From Candidatus Latescibacterota bacterium (GTDB lineage: Bacteria > Latescibacterota > UBA2968 > GCA-2709665), in NCBI GenBank assembly GCA_965208835.1, contig OZ242358.1, forward strand, positions 544,001 through 608,000: DNA of 64,000 bases, in the 5' to 3' direction. The stretch's first letter is position 1, and each line of letters begins with the position of its first letter. Below the pieces are notes generated by a model that made no database searches, was not told the origin of the DNA, and worked only from the letters and a program-made list of their open reading frames with translations. Made by a program: the position numbers and the translations under genes. This document shows positions 9,840 to 19,363 of this stretch, piece after piece.

Positions 9840-10805
9840 ATGAAGTCAGAAAAGAACAAAACGAAATACGGACCCGAAAACCCGCACCCAAGCGTTTTTC
9901 AGTTCTTTACGCGCTTTCCCGATGAGGATTCCGCAAGGGAATACCTGATTAACGCGCGTTGGCCGGACGGCGTTATTTGCGTTCACTGTGGCCATGATGA
10001 GGTCTGGAAAATCCGGCAGGGCAAGCTGTTTACCTGTAAGTGTTGCCGCAAACAGTTCACGGTGCGCCTACGAACGGTCATGGAAGATTCGCCGATTGCG
10101 CTTCGCAAGTGGCTGTTCGCCATGTATCTGTTTGAAGTCTACCCCAAAGGTATTTCCGCCACAAGTCTTCAGAAGCATTTGGGCGTGATGTACAAAACCG
10201 CATGGCATATGCTGCACCGCCTGCGCCGTGGTCACGAGTATAACGGTATCGTCCTTGACGGCGAGATCGAAGCCGATGAAACGTACCTTGGCGGCAAGGA
10301 AAAGAACAAGCACGAGGCGGACAAGCTGAAAGCCGGACGTGGTACCGTCGGAAAGCAGGCCGTTCTGGGAATTCGGGAGCGCGGCGGTCAAGTCGTTACC
10401 ATGCCGGTAGAGAAAACGGACGAGGAATCGCTTGCGGGCAATGTTCGGGCGGTCACGGCGGAAGGATCGCTTGTCTATACGGACGAAAACACAGCGTATA
10501 CTTCCCTTGCGAAAACGCACCGGCACGATACGGTTTCTCACAGTTCCGGAGAATACGCCCGCGGCGACGTTCACGTGAACGGCATCGAGTCTATTTGGTC
10601 GCTCGTGAAGCGTGCATACGTTGGCGTGTATCATCATTGGGCGCCAAAGAACAGCCATCGGTACGTGCAGGAAATCGCGGCACGGCAGGCATTGCGGAAG
10701 ATTCCGGCTTTCGACTTCAGCGACGGGCGAGGCTTGTCGCGCGTGCGGTTGCTGATGGCTGGTATTTCTGGCAAGCGGTTGACCTATGCGGAGTTGACGT
10801 CATGA
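9840..10805 (+). CDS. tnp: IS1595-family DDE transposase
   Basis: Zn ribbon CVHC...CKCCRKQF, HTH (GVMYKTAWHMLHRLR), EADETYLGG, YTDE, VNGIESIWSLVKR. Confidence 0.95.
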   Translation: MKSEKNKTKYGPENPHPSVFQFFTRFPDEDSAREYLINARWPDGVICVHCGHDEVWKIRQGKLFTCKCCRKQFTVRLRTVMEDSPIALRKWLFAMYLFEVYPKGISATSLQKHLGVMYKTAWHMLHRLRRGHEYNGIVLDGEIEADETYLGGKEKNKHEADKLKAGRGTVGKQAVLGIRERGGQVVTMPVEKTDEESLAGNVRAVTAEGSLVYTDENTAYTSLAKTHRHDTVSHSSGEYARGDVHVNGIESIWSLVKRAYVGVYHHWAPKNSHRYVQEIAARQALRKIPAFDFSDGRGLSRVRLLMAGISGKRLTYAELTS

Positions 10806-11815
10806 ACAAACACGAATCTGCACTTGCGGCGAAACTTCGGACAATGCCCGTTGACCTCGTTCCTGCGGGCATCACAACCTTTGCGGATCTATTCTGTGGC
10901 ATTGGCGGTTTCCATTATGCGGGCGAGGCGTTAGGGTTGCGCTGTGTTTTCGCCTGCGATATAGACCCCGATGTGCGGGAGCAGTATAAGCAGAATTTCG
11001 GGTTGACTCCCAAAGGGGACATTAAACAGCTGCAGGAAAACGACATTGCGAATCACGACCTTCTGTTTGCCGGTTTTCCGTGCCAGCCCTTTTCGATCAT
11101 CGGAAACATGAAAGCCCGTTCGGACGCCCGCGGAACGCTCATGGACGAAATCATCCGCGTGTTAGGGCTGAAAGCCCCACGTGCTTTTGTTCTCGAAAAC
11201 GTCCGCCAGCTGTCCACGATACAGGACGGCGAGGTCATGGACTTCCTACTTGAGAAATTGAAGTCTGTGGGATATTTCGCGGACTGGAAGGTCTTGAACG
11301 CTCTGGACTTCGACCTTCCCCAAAAGCGGGAGCGTACAATAATCGTTGGCTTCAGCGACGAAGCCACGCTCAAGCTGTTCAGCTGGCCAAAGGCAAAGAA
11401 GCTGAAAAAGACCCTTGACGACATTCTCGAAATCGATCCCGATGAAAAGTATTTCGTGAGCGACCGCATCAAGAAAAAGCGGCAAGAGGAACACACACCC
11501 GCCGTCACGCCGTCGATCTGGCACGAGAACAAGGCGGGCAACATCTCAAGCCATCCCTTTTCGTGTGCGCTCCGCGCGAACGCTTCGCACAATTACCTGC
11601 TCGTGAACGGCGAGCGGCGATTGACTCCACGGGAGCAGTTGCGGCTGCAAGGGTTTCCTGAACGCTTTTCGGTCGTGGCGAACGATAGCCAAATCCGCAA
11701 ACAAACGGGAAACGCAATTCCCGTTCCAATGGCACGGGCGACCATCCGGGAGGTCTTGCATGCCGCAGCCCAAAGTGCGAACGAAGTACCAGAAGCACGA
11801 GCCGTATCCGCTTAA
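10802..11815 (+). CDS. DNA (cytosine-5)-methyltransferase
   Basis: Motifs I FADLFCGIGG, IV GFPCQPFS, VI ENV, VIII QKRERTIIVG, IX RLTPREQLRLQGFP, X QTGNAIPV. ATG overlaps the transposase stop (ATGA). Confidence 0.95.
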   Translation: MNKHESALAAKLRTMPVDLVPAGITTFADLFCGIGGFHYAGEALGLRCVFACDIDPDVREQYKQNFGLTPKGDIKQLQENDIANHDLLFAGFPCQPFSIIGNMKARSDARGTLMDEIIRVLGLKAPRAFVLENVRQLSTIQDGEVMDFLLEKLKSVGYFADWKVLNALDFDLPQKRERTIIVGFSDEATLKLFSWPKAKKLKKTLDDILEIDPDEKYFVSDRIKKKRQEEHTPAVTPSIWHENKAGNISSHPFSCALRANASHNYLLVNGERRLTPREQLRLQGFPERFSVVANDSQIRKQTGNAIPVPMARATIREVLHAAAQSANEVPEARAVSA

Positions 11816-12488
11816 CGACCCCACCCACAACGTCATACACGGACTCTGCAAGCGTTTCGTCCACCGTCTCGCGGTTGGCCATGCCGATCTTGGCGGGAAT
11901 GACTTCTCCCGCATCTTTGCGGAGGCCATCGGCGGAGACCAATTCGCCCAGGCTGTCGGCGTGGCTGATGTTGCCTGGAACGGCTGTGCCTGGTCTGTCA
12001 AGACCGTTAAGGCAGCGTATCCGTTCCAAACGACCAGCATACGCCTGATTAGCGGACGGAACAGCCCGACCTACTCCCACGGCATTGAGAACCCGCTGGA
12101 GGACCCGCAAAAGACCGGAGAGGCCGTTCTGGAGATATACAACGCGCGCATTGATGAAGCCCGTGAGCAACATGACGATATTCGCCTTGTGGTCATGATC
12201 CGCAACTGGGAAGCGTTGGAATTCGTTCTCTTTGAGCGCCCGCTCGTGCCGGTTGTCGTGAACGAATACCAGTGGGCCGTGAACGAGCGAAACAACCTGA
12301 TAGGCTACGTGACCGATCCCCAAGTCAAGGCGTTCACGTGGCAACCGCACGGCAGTCAATTCACAGTGCATGAACCGGTTCCGCACGCTACGGCTGAATT
12401 CCGACTCCGCAAAGAACCGTCCATGTTGACTATGGCGGATGTTTTGGGATTCGTGAAATTCAAGCCAAGTTGGATTGATATTCTTTAG
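11760..12488 (+). CDS. Putative type II restriction endonuclease (PD-(D/E)XK-like)
   Basis: 242 aa, overlaps the MTase 3' end by 56 nt. VADVAWNGCAWSVKTVK resembles a PD..(S/E)xK core. Size and position fit a cognate REase. Confidence 0.6.
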   Translation: MPQPKVRTKYQKHEPYPLNDPTHNVIHGLCKRFVHRLAVGHADLGGNDFSRIFAEAIGGDQFAQAVGVADVAWNGCAWSVKTVKAAYPFQTTSIRLISGRNSPTYSHGIENPLEDPQKTGEAVLEIYNARIDEAREQHDDIRLVVMIRNWEALEFVLFERPLVPVVVNEYQWAVNERNNLIGYVTDPQVKAFTWQPHGSQFTVHEPVPHATAEFRLRKEPSMLTMADVLGFVKFKPSWIDIL

Positions 12489-12576
12489 TGTGTGTCAAGT
12501 GTATAATCCCCCAATTTTAATCCGGTGCATTTGCCAGAATACAACCGGTGTTGACACCGACATCACGGAGTCGAAC

Positions 12577-13353
12577 ATGGAATCTCTGCCTTTGCTTTCC
12601 GGTCACACGATGCCGGTGGTGGGCCACGGCACCTATCCGCTGAAGGGCGAACAGTGCAAGCGGGTGATCAAACAGGCTCTCGAGCTTGGTTACACCCACT
12701 TCGATACGGCCTGGATCTACGAGAACCAGCGCGAGATCGGCGAAGCGTTACAGGAGGCCGGCGTCGACCGGTCTGAGCTGTTCATCACGACAAAAGTCGG
12801 TCAGGACTACCTGCAGTACGACGTTGCCATCAATCAGGCGGAGGAGAATCTTCAATATCTCCAGATGGATTACGTGGACCTGCTCCTGGTACACTGGCCG
12901 CCCCCTGACGTGCCCATGGAAGAGACCATCGGCGCGTTCAACGCAATCTTCGACGCGGGCAAGGCCAGAAGCATTGGCGTCAGCAATTTTTCCGTTGAGC
13001 AGATGCGGGAGGCGTTTTCCGTTTCAAAAGCGCCGATCAGCGTGAACCAGATCAAGTACCATCCGGGTTATGAGCAACGCGACGTGCTCCAGTGGTGCCT
13101 GGAACACGACGTCGTTGTCACCGCCTACTCGCCGCTGGGCAAGAAGAACATCCTCGAGGATCTCGTCCTGACGACCATCGCCGGCAGCCACAACAGGACG
13201 TCCGCGCACGTCGCGCTCAGATGGCTGGTACAAAAAGGGATGAACGTCATCCCGAAAGCCAGTTCGGAACAACACCTCCGCGCCAATCTGGATGTCTTCG
13301 ACTGGGCGCTGTCCGAAGCCGAGATGGATGCCATCGACCGGATGGCGTTGTAA
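12577..13353 (+). CDS. Aldo/keto reductase (2,5-diketo-D-gluconate reductase-like)
   Basis: FDTAWIYENQ, LFITTKV, DLLLVHWP, IGVSNF, AYSPLG, IPKASS. Confidence 0.92.
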   Translation: MESLPLLSGHTMPVVGHGTYPLKGEQCKRVIKQALELGYTHFDTAWIYENQREIGEALQEAGVDRSELFITTKVGQDYLQYDVAINQAEENLQYLQMDYVDLLLVHWPPPDVPMEETIGAFNAIFDAGKARSIGVSNFSVEQMREAFSVSKAPISVNQIKYHPGYEQRDVLQWCLEHDVVVTAYSPLGKKNILEDLVLTTIAGSHNRTSAHVALRWLVQKGMNVIPKASSEQHLRANLDVFDWALSEAEMDAIDRMAL

Positions 13354-13442
13354 GAAAACCGCCCAATCGTCCGAAAGGCGCCGTGCGGCACGTACTCTTC
13401 CGAAATTTCGTATGTTAAATCCCATTAGACAACGGGTTAAGA

Positions 13443-14576
13443 ATGAGCTATGACGCGATCGTGATCGGCGGGGGAATCGTCGGGATGTCCACCGCCTGGC
13501 ATCTCGTCCACGCCGGCGCGAGGACACTGCTCGTGGACCGCAAGGACACGGGTCGCGCCACGGATGCCGGTGCGGGCATTCTGTCTCCCGCCACCAACAC
13601 GCGGGACCCGGACCCCTGGCAGCGTCTGGCCTCCCTTGCCGTCGAATACTATCCGGGTCTGATCGAGAATCTCGAGGCCGAACAGCCGGGGGAAACCGGC
13701 TTCGCCGTATGCGGCATGATGATCGTCGCGGTTTCCGATGACGAACTGGAACCGTTCGACATCGCCCGCCGGCACATTTTCGACCGCCGTAATCGCCGGG
13801 GAAACCCCTCCGTGGAGGAACTCGGCGAGATAACGTCCGAGGAAGCCCGCAACCGGTTTCCGGCGCTTGCCGACGTGCAGGGCGCCATTTACTACCGTAA
13901 CGCGGCCCGTGTCGACGGCCGGCTGTTGACGGGCGCGCTTCGCCGCGCCGCGGAAGCCCGCGGGCTCACCGTCAGGGAAACGGGTGTTGAAGGCCTGAGC
14001 ATGGAAAACGACGCGGTCACCGGCGTCGTCACGGATGCGGGGGCCATTTCGGCTGGCGACGTCGTCATCGCAGGCGGCGCGTGGTCGCACGCGTTCGGCC
14101 TTCAGCTGGGCGTCCAGATCCAGGTGGAGCCGCAGCGCGGTCAGATCATCCATCTGGGATTGCCTCCTGCCGCCGATACGGCGTCCTGGACAATCGTCAG
14201 CGCCGTTCGCGGCCACTATATGGTGCCCTGGCCGGACAACCGGGTGGTGGTGGGCGCCACGCGGGAAACCGGATCGGGTTTTGACGCCCGTACTACCGTC
14301 GCCGGCGTGCGGGAGGTGATCGGCGAGGCGCTGCGGGTGGCGCCCGGGCTGGCCGCGGCGGAGATTCGCGAAATCCGGGTCGGTCTGCGGCCGTACACTC
14401 AGGATCTCCTGCCCGTGCTGGGTCCGGTTCCCGGCAGGAAAAACGTCTGGCTGGCAACCGGGCATGGGCCCACGGGCCTTCAACTGGGGCCTTACAGCGG
14501 CAAGCTCATCGCCGACCTCATCAGGGGTAATGACCTGCCAATAGAACTGGACGCCTATCGGATCACACGGTTCTAA
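13443..14576 (+). CDS. FAD-dependent D-amino acid oxidase / glycine oxidase family oxidoreductase
   Basis: IGGGIVGMSTA, ATDAGAGIL, PQRGQI, VGLRP, GHGPTGLQLGP. Confidence 0.9.
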   Translation: MSYDAIVIGGGIVGMSTAWHLVHAGARTLLVDRKDTGRATDAGAGILSPATNTRDPDPWQRLASLAVEYYPGLIENLEAEQPGETGFAVCGMMIVAVSDDELEPFDIARRHIFDRRNRRGNPSVEELGEITSEEARNRFPALADVQGAIYYRNAARVDGRLLTGALRRAAEARGLTVRETGVEGLSMENDAVTGVVTDAGAISAGDVVIAGGAWSHAFGLQLGVQIQVEPQRGQIIHLGLPPAADTASWTIVSAVRGHYMVPWPDNRVVVGATRETGSGFDARTTVAGVREVIGEALRVAPGLAAAEIREIRVGLRPYTQDLLPVLGPVPGRKNVWLATGHGPTGLQLGPYSGKLIADLIRGNDLPIELDAYRITRF

Positions 14577-14768
14577 TAAGGATTTGTCGTTTTTCGGGGA
14601 CGTTAATTCGTATATGTGCAAGTTGATATAGGCGATTAAACTGCGGATTACCAGGATACACCAGGGCACTTGACGTGAACCGAAAAAACGTCCTCTTGGA
14701 CGACTTTTACGCCTCGCTTCGGGAGTTTTGTCGCGGCACTGCTTTGCTGTTTTTTTCGGATTGAGGCT
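14574..14768 (+). repeat. ~195-bp MITE-like repeat family A, copy 1 (diverged)
   Basis: Shares GACGTTAATTCG, GGCGATTA, GCGGATTACCAGGATACACC and TTGCTGTTTTTTTCGGATTGAGGCT with 41599-41794 and, inverted, with 30873-31067. Confidence 0.85.
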
Positions 14769-14837
14769 GATCCCGAAGTGCGAGGCGCCCCCGGTGACCG
14801 GGACCCGCTACCGGCGTGACAGGACAGGGAAACTTCG

Positions 14838-15845
14838 ATGTCCGACAGTGACTACAAATGCCTGGTCGTGAGCCAGGAGAATGACGGCTATATCCGCAAG
14901 GTAGTACGCCGATCCGTCGATACGCTTCCCGAAGGCGACGTGCTGATCAGGGTGCACTACTCCTCGCTGAACTACAAGGATGCGCTGTCGGCCACCGGAC
15001 ACCCGGGCGTCACCCGGCGCTATCCGCATACGCCGGGCATAGACGCGGCAGGCGTTGTAGAGGAGAGCTCCGACGGACGTTTTACCCCTGGCGATGAAGT
15101 CATCGTCACAAGCTACGATCTCGGCGCCAACACGCCGGGCGGATACGGCCAATACATCCGCGTGCCTGCCGGATGGGTCCTACCGCTTCCCCATGGCCTT
15201 ACCCTTCGCGAGTCGATGGTCTACGGCACGGCCGGATTTACCGCCGCCATGTCGCTCCACAGGCTGGAACGCCACGGCGTTGCTCCCGGCAGCGGCGAGA
15301 TACTCGTCACCGGCGCTACGGGGGGCGTCGGCAGCCTGGCCGTCGCCATCCTCTCCCGCGTGGGCTACACCGTTGTCGCGGCCACCGGCAAGCCGGACCG
15401 GGAGCGCTTCCTGCTCGGCCTCGGGGCGAACGCGGTCGTGCATCGAAACGCGGTTGACGATGAAGGCAGGCGTCCGCTGCTGGCGGAACGCTGGGCCGGT
15501 GTTGTGGATACCGTCGGAGGCAATATCCTGGCAACCGCCCTCAAGTCGACAGGGAGCAGGGGACTCGTCACGTGCTGCGGCCTCGTCGCTTCCGCGGACC
15601 TGAACTTGAGCGTGTACCCGTTCATTCTTCGGGGCGTCAGCCTGCAGGGGATCGACTCCGCCGAATGTCCCATGCCGGAAAGGGAGTACCTGTGGGAGAA
15701 AATCGCCGGCCCCTGGAAGATCGATGCAACGGACGACCTGGTAACCGAACGTACGCTCGAAACCCTCGAACCTGAGTTCCAGCGCATCCTGCAGGGCAAC
15801 CAGACGGGCAGGGTTGTGGTCGACCTGACTGAGAAGCTGTCTTAA
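14838..15845 (+). CDS. YhdH/AcuI-type MDR oxidoreductase (acrylyl-CoA reductase-like)
   Basis: YSSLNYKDAL, PGIDAAG, GTAGFTAA, VTGATGGVGS, PFILRGVSLQGIDS. Confidence 0.88.
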   Translation: MSDSDYKCLVVSQENDGYIRKVVRRSVDTLPEGDVLIRVHYSSLNYKDALSATGHPGVTRRYPHTPGIDAAGVVEESSDGRFTPGDEVIVTSYDLGANTPGGYGQYIRVPAGWVLPLPHGLTLRESMVYGTAGFTAAMSLHRLERHGVAPGSGEILVTGATGGVGSLAVAILSRVGYTVVAATGKPDRERFLLGLGANAVVHRNAVDDEGRRPLLAERWAGVVDTVGGNILATALKSTGSRGLVTCCGLVASADLNLSVYPFILRGVSLQGIDSAECPMPEREYLWEKIAGPWKIDATDDLVTERTLETLEPEFQRILQGNQTGRVVVDLTEKLS

Positions 15846-15994
15846 AATTCCCTGCGGTCTTCGCACGGCTGCAAAAGCGTCGGTCGGCGTTGGTCAAATC
15901 CACCCTTATAGACAAATATGGGCGAATTTTCCCGCCTAGACCGCCACTTTTTCGCTCGTGCTCGGGAACTCACAGGTAATTTTAACACAGCTTC
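15833..15994. mobile_element. 162-bp MITE family B, copy 1 (3-bp TGA target duplication)
   Basis: Terminal IRs GAAGCTGTCTTAAAATT / AATTTTAACACAGCTTC, with TGA on both sides. Near-identical copy at 53729-53890. Confidence 0.88.
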
Positions 15995-16000
15995 TGAGAA

Positions 16001-16123
16001 ATGAACCGCGTCAGAATCGGTGTCATCGGACTGGGACGCTTCGGCGTCCAGCACGCCTGCGTCCTCGCTCAGCTGCCGCACGCAAAGAACAGGCAGTCCA
16101 TCTATAGACAGGGAGCAAATTGA
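16001..16123 (+). pseudogene. N-terminal remnant of a Gfo/Idh/MocA oxidoreductase
   Basis: MNRVRIGVIGLGRFGVQHACVLAQLP, then unrelated residues and a stop after 40 codons. Confidence 0.65.
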
Positions 16124-17431
16124 ATGACGATGTCCAGCGATACGTACCTCATCGGAGTCGGCGGTGAAGACGTCACGCCGCCGGTCGGGATCTATCTGGC
16201 CGGGTTCGCCGCCCGCACGGAACCCTCCACAGCCGTCTACCATCCTCTGAAAGCCAACGCCATCGCGATAGACGACGGCAACGATCCGCTCATCATCGCA
16301 AGCGCTGAGATCCTGGGTTTCTACGAACACACCGAAGAGGTCCGGTCCCGCATCTCGGCACTGACCGGTGTCGTCCCTGCCAACATCGTCCTGAGCGGAT
16401 CGCATACCCACTGCGGCCCGTGCATCCGGGAAGTGGACCGGCATCGCCACGGCGACCTTGATGAAGACTATATCGAGCGACTCCTGGACAGCGTCACCCG
16501 TTGCGCGAAAACCGCGTGGGAGACCCGGTCGCCGGCCCGTCTTCGGTTCGGGCGTGGGCACTGCGATATCGCCGTATCCCGCCGTAAATCCGACGGGAAG
16601 GGCGGCGTGGAGTGGAAACCCGGTCCCGGCGCGCCCCACGACCACGAGGTGCCGGTGCTGGCCGTCGAATCTCCCGAGGGCGACCTTCGCAGCGTCATTT
16701 TCAGCTATGCGTGCCATCCCACCAGCCGGAGCGGCACGCTCATCGGCGGCGACTACGTCTGTTACGCGTATGACCACGTGGAGGCCATGCACCCCGGCGT
16801 CACCGCTTTCTTTCTACAGGGCTGCGCCGGAGACCAGAAGACGCGACCGGTCGACCCCGCCGAGGACCGTTTCATACAGAGAAACATCCAGGAAATCCGC
16901 GACATCGGCGTTCTGCTGGGGGAATCCGTGGTCCGGGTACTCGCCTCGGGCGGGCTCGATCAGGTAACCGGTCCGATTTCCGTCAGACAGGACATAATCG
17001 GACTGGAAACCGAAGCGATTGACATGGACCTCGTAAGAGCGGGACTGAAGGCCGACCAGGGGTACGTTCAGGCGTGGGCTCGACATCTGTCTGAATGCGT
17101 TGAGAATGACATACCCGTTGTCACCAATATTCCCTTTGAAATTCAGACCGTGCGTTTCGGAAACGCCCTGGCGCTGGTCACGCTCGCGGGGGAAATGACG
17201 GTGGAGCACGGCCTGCGGCTGAAACGGGAACTGGGTCCGCGCGTAGACAACGTAATGGTCCTGGCGTACACCAACGACATCGTCGGCTACGTTCCCGTCA
17301 GGCGTCAGATCCCCGAGGGCGGCTACGAAGTGTGGGCCAGCCAGCAGTACTGGAAACGGACGGGACCATACGTGGCCGAAACCGAAGACCGGATCCACAC
17401 CGCCGTAAGCCGGTCCCTCGGCATCTCCTAA
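16124..17431 (+). CDS. Neutral/alkaline ceramidase-like N-terminal-domain protein
   Basis: DVTPPVGIYLAGFAAR, SHTHCGP, YACHPT, FLQGCAGDQ, GGYE motifs. Confidence 0.8.
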   Translation: MTMSSDTYLIGVGGEDVTPPVGIYLAGFAARTEPSTAVYHPLKANAIAIDDGNDPLIIASAEILGFYEHTEEVRSRISALTGVVPANIVLSGSHTHCGPCIREVDRHRHGDLDEDYIERLLDSVTRCAKTAWETRSPARLRFGRGHCDIAVSRRKSDGKGGVEWKPGPGAPHDHEVPVLAVESPEGDLRSVIFSYACHPTSRSGTLIGGDYVCYAYDHVEAMHPGVTAFFLQGCAGDQKTRPVDPAEDRFIQRNIQEIRDIGVLLGESVVRVLASGGLDQVTGPISVRQDIIGLETEAIDMDLVRAGLKADQGYVQAWARHLSECVENDIPVVTNIPFEIQTVRFGNALALVTLAGEMTVEHGLRLKRELGPRVDNVMVLAYTNDIVGYVPVRRQIPEGGYEVWASQQYWKRTGPYVAETEDRIHTAVSRSLGIS

Positions 17432-17455
17432 TCCTGCATCCGTGACTCGGCAGCC

Positions 17456-19363
17456 ATGACTGACGCGTTGCCCGAAATCGCCCTGGTCCAGATGGACGTG
17501 AAGCCGGCGCGGCCGGACCTGAACGTCAAGACCATGCTGCATTACATCGACAATGCCAGGGCGGCCGGCGCGGAACTGATCGTCTTTTCGGAACTCTGCA
17601 TTTCCGGCTACATTCTGGGCGACCTGTGGGAGGTGGACGCGCTGGTCGAGGATTTCGCGGCGTACAGCGAGACGATCCGCGAGGCCAGCCAGGACATTAC
17701 CGTACTCTTCGGGAACGTGGCGGTGGATCGCGCGCAGATCGGCGAAGACGGCCGGTTACGGAAGTATAATGCCGTCCATGTCTGCGCCGACGGCGGCTAC
17801 GTGGCGCGGGAAAACGTCCCGGCAGGACTTCCCGCGGGCGTTCAACCCAAGACGCTGCATCCGAACTACCGGTTCTTCGACGACGACCGCCATTTCTACT
17901 CGCTTCGCAAACAGGCCGATGCCCGCGGGAAATCCGTCTACGACTGGACCGTGCCGTTCGAGGTCCGCCTGAGGGATGGACGGACGTTCCGGTTCGGCGT
18001 GCAACTCTGCGAAGATATCTGGTGCCGGGACTACAGCTATAGGGAAGAGATTCTGGATACGCTGCGCGTCTTCCACGACCGGGGGGCGCAGGCGCTGTTC
18101 AATCTGTCCTCGTCCCCATGGACGTGGCAGAAGAACGCAAAGCGAAACCGGGTCGTCACGGATATTCTGCGGCGTTCTCCCATCCCTGTCTTCTACGTCA
18201 ATCAGGTTGGCGCGCAGAACAACGGAAAGAACATCATCGTCTTCGATGGCGATACGACGGTCTATTCCCCTGACGGCGAAATCCTGCGCCGGGCGAGCCC
18301 CTGGCGGGAGCAGATGGTGCTTAGCCGCGGCGGAGACCCGCCCGCCGCTTCCCAGGACGAAATGGCCGCGATCTACGATGCCATCCTGACCGGACTGCGG
18401 CATCTGGACGATATCCGCGAGAGGGAGAACCGGTTTCTGGTTGGCGTCAGCGGAGGCATCGACTCGAGCGTCGCGGTATCCATGCTCGCGCAGGCGTTCG
18501 GAGCCGAGCGGGTGTTCGCGGTGAATATGCCCACGCGGTTCAACGCGTCCATTACGCAGAAAAACGCGCGGCAGGTCTGCCGGACGCTCGAGGTGGATTA
18601 CCTGAGTTGCCCGATCCAGGACCTGTACGAGTACCTGTCCGATAAAATCAAAGGCGTGAGCTTTTCCAGCACGACGGGCGTCTATACCCGCCTTGTTGAC
18701 GAGAACCTTCAGGCGCGCATCCGTGGTGCGGATATTCTGGCCGGACTGGCCGCCAGATTCGGGCTGGTCTTCACAAACAACGGCAACAAGACCGAGACGG
18801 CGCTGGGCTACGCCACGCTCTACGGGGACGTGAACGGCGCCGTGGCCCCGATCGCGGACCTCTATAAGGTCCAGGTGCTGCAACTGGCACGGTTCCTGAA
18901 CGAAGAGGTGTTCGGCAGGGAGGTCATTCCGGATAACCTGATCAGCGGCGAGACGGTGCCCAGCGCGGAACTTTCCGAGGCGCAGGACGTAACCCGGGGC
19001 CTTGGCGACCCTATCAAATACGGTTACCACGATGCCATGCTTCGCCAGATCATCGAATACCGGAAAGACCCGGTGGATTTTCTGCAATGGTTCGTGAACG
19101 GAATTCTGCTGGACGAGATCGGGTGGAGTGACAGGGAGAAATTCCGCGCGTGGTTTCCCGACGTAAACAGCTGGATTGAAGACCTGGAGTGGATCGCACG
19201 GCAGGTGCGGATCAACTTCTTCAAGCGCGTCCAGGCGCCGCCGATCATCGTGCTCAGCAAACGCGCGTTCGGGTTTGATCTGCGCGAAAGCCAGTTGCCG
19301 GCGTATGAGACCCGGCGCTACGGGGAATTGAAAGCGCTGGCGCTTTCCATGGAGATATCTTAG
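17456..19363 (+). CDS. nadE: Glutamine-dependent NAD+ synthetase
   Basis: Nitrilase domain (FSEL, LCEDIW) followed by GVSGGIDSS, ENLQARIRG, GNKTETALGYATLYGD, PSAEL. Confidence 0.93.
   Translation: MTDALPEIALVQMDVKPARPDLNVKTMLHYIDNARAAGAELIVFSELCISGYILGDLWEVDALVEDFAAYSETIREASQDITVLFGNVAVDRAQIGEDGRLRKYNAVHVCADGGYVARENVPAGLPAGVQPKTLHPNYRFFDDDRHFYSLRKQADARGKSVYDWTVPFEVRLRDGRTFRFGVQLCEDIWCRDYSYREEILDTLRVFHDRGAQALFNLSSSPWTWQKNAKRNRVVTDILRRSPIPVFYVNQVGAQNNGKNIIVFDGDTTVYSPDGEILRRASPWREQMVLSRGGDPPAASQDEMAAIYDAILTGLRHLDDIRERENRFLVGVSGGIDSSVAVSMLAQAFGAERVFAVNMPTRFNASITQKNARQVCRTLEVDYLSCPIQDLYEYLSDKIKGVSFSSTTGVYTRLVDENLQARIRGADILAGLAARFGLVFTNNGNKTETALGYATLYGDVNGAVAPIADLYKVQVLQLARFLNEEVFGREVIPDNLISGETVPSAELSEAQDVTRGLGDPIKYGYHDAMLRQIIEYRKDPVDFLQWFVNGILLDEIGWSDREKFRAWFPDVNSWIEDLEWIARQVRINFFKRVQAPPIIVLSKRAFGFDLRESQLPAYETRRYGELKALALSMEIS

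Larger units (their letters stand above)
9752..12511 (+). mobile_element. IS1595-family transposon (ISNwi1-type ends) with passenger restriction-modification genes
   Basis: IRL GGGGATTATATACTTGACACACAC (9752-9775) and IRR GTGTGTGTCAAGTGTATAATCCCC (12488-12511) match 23/24. 8-bp direct repeat CAATTTTA at 9744-9751 and 12512-12519. Transposase inside. Confidence 0.95.

Noticed and set aside
10595-10801. N-terminal extension of the methyltransferase in the ORF track (406 aa)
   Set aside because: It overlaps the transposase in another frame; the ATG at 10802 coupled to the transposase stop is the more plausible start.
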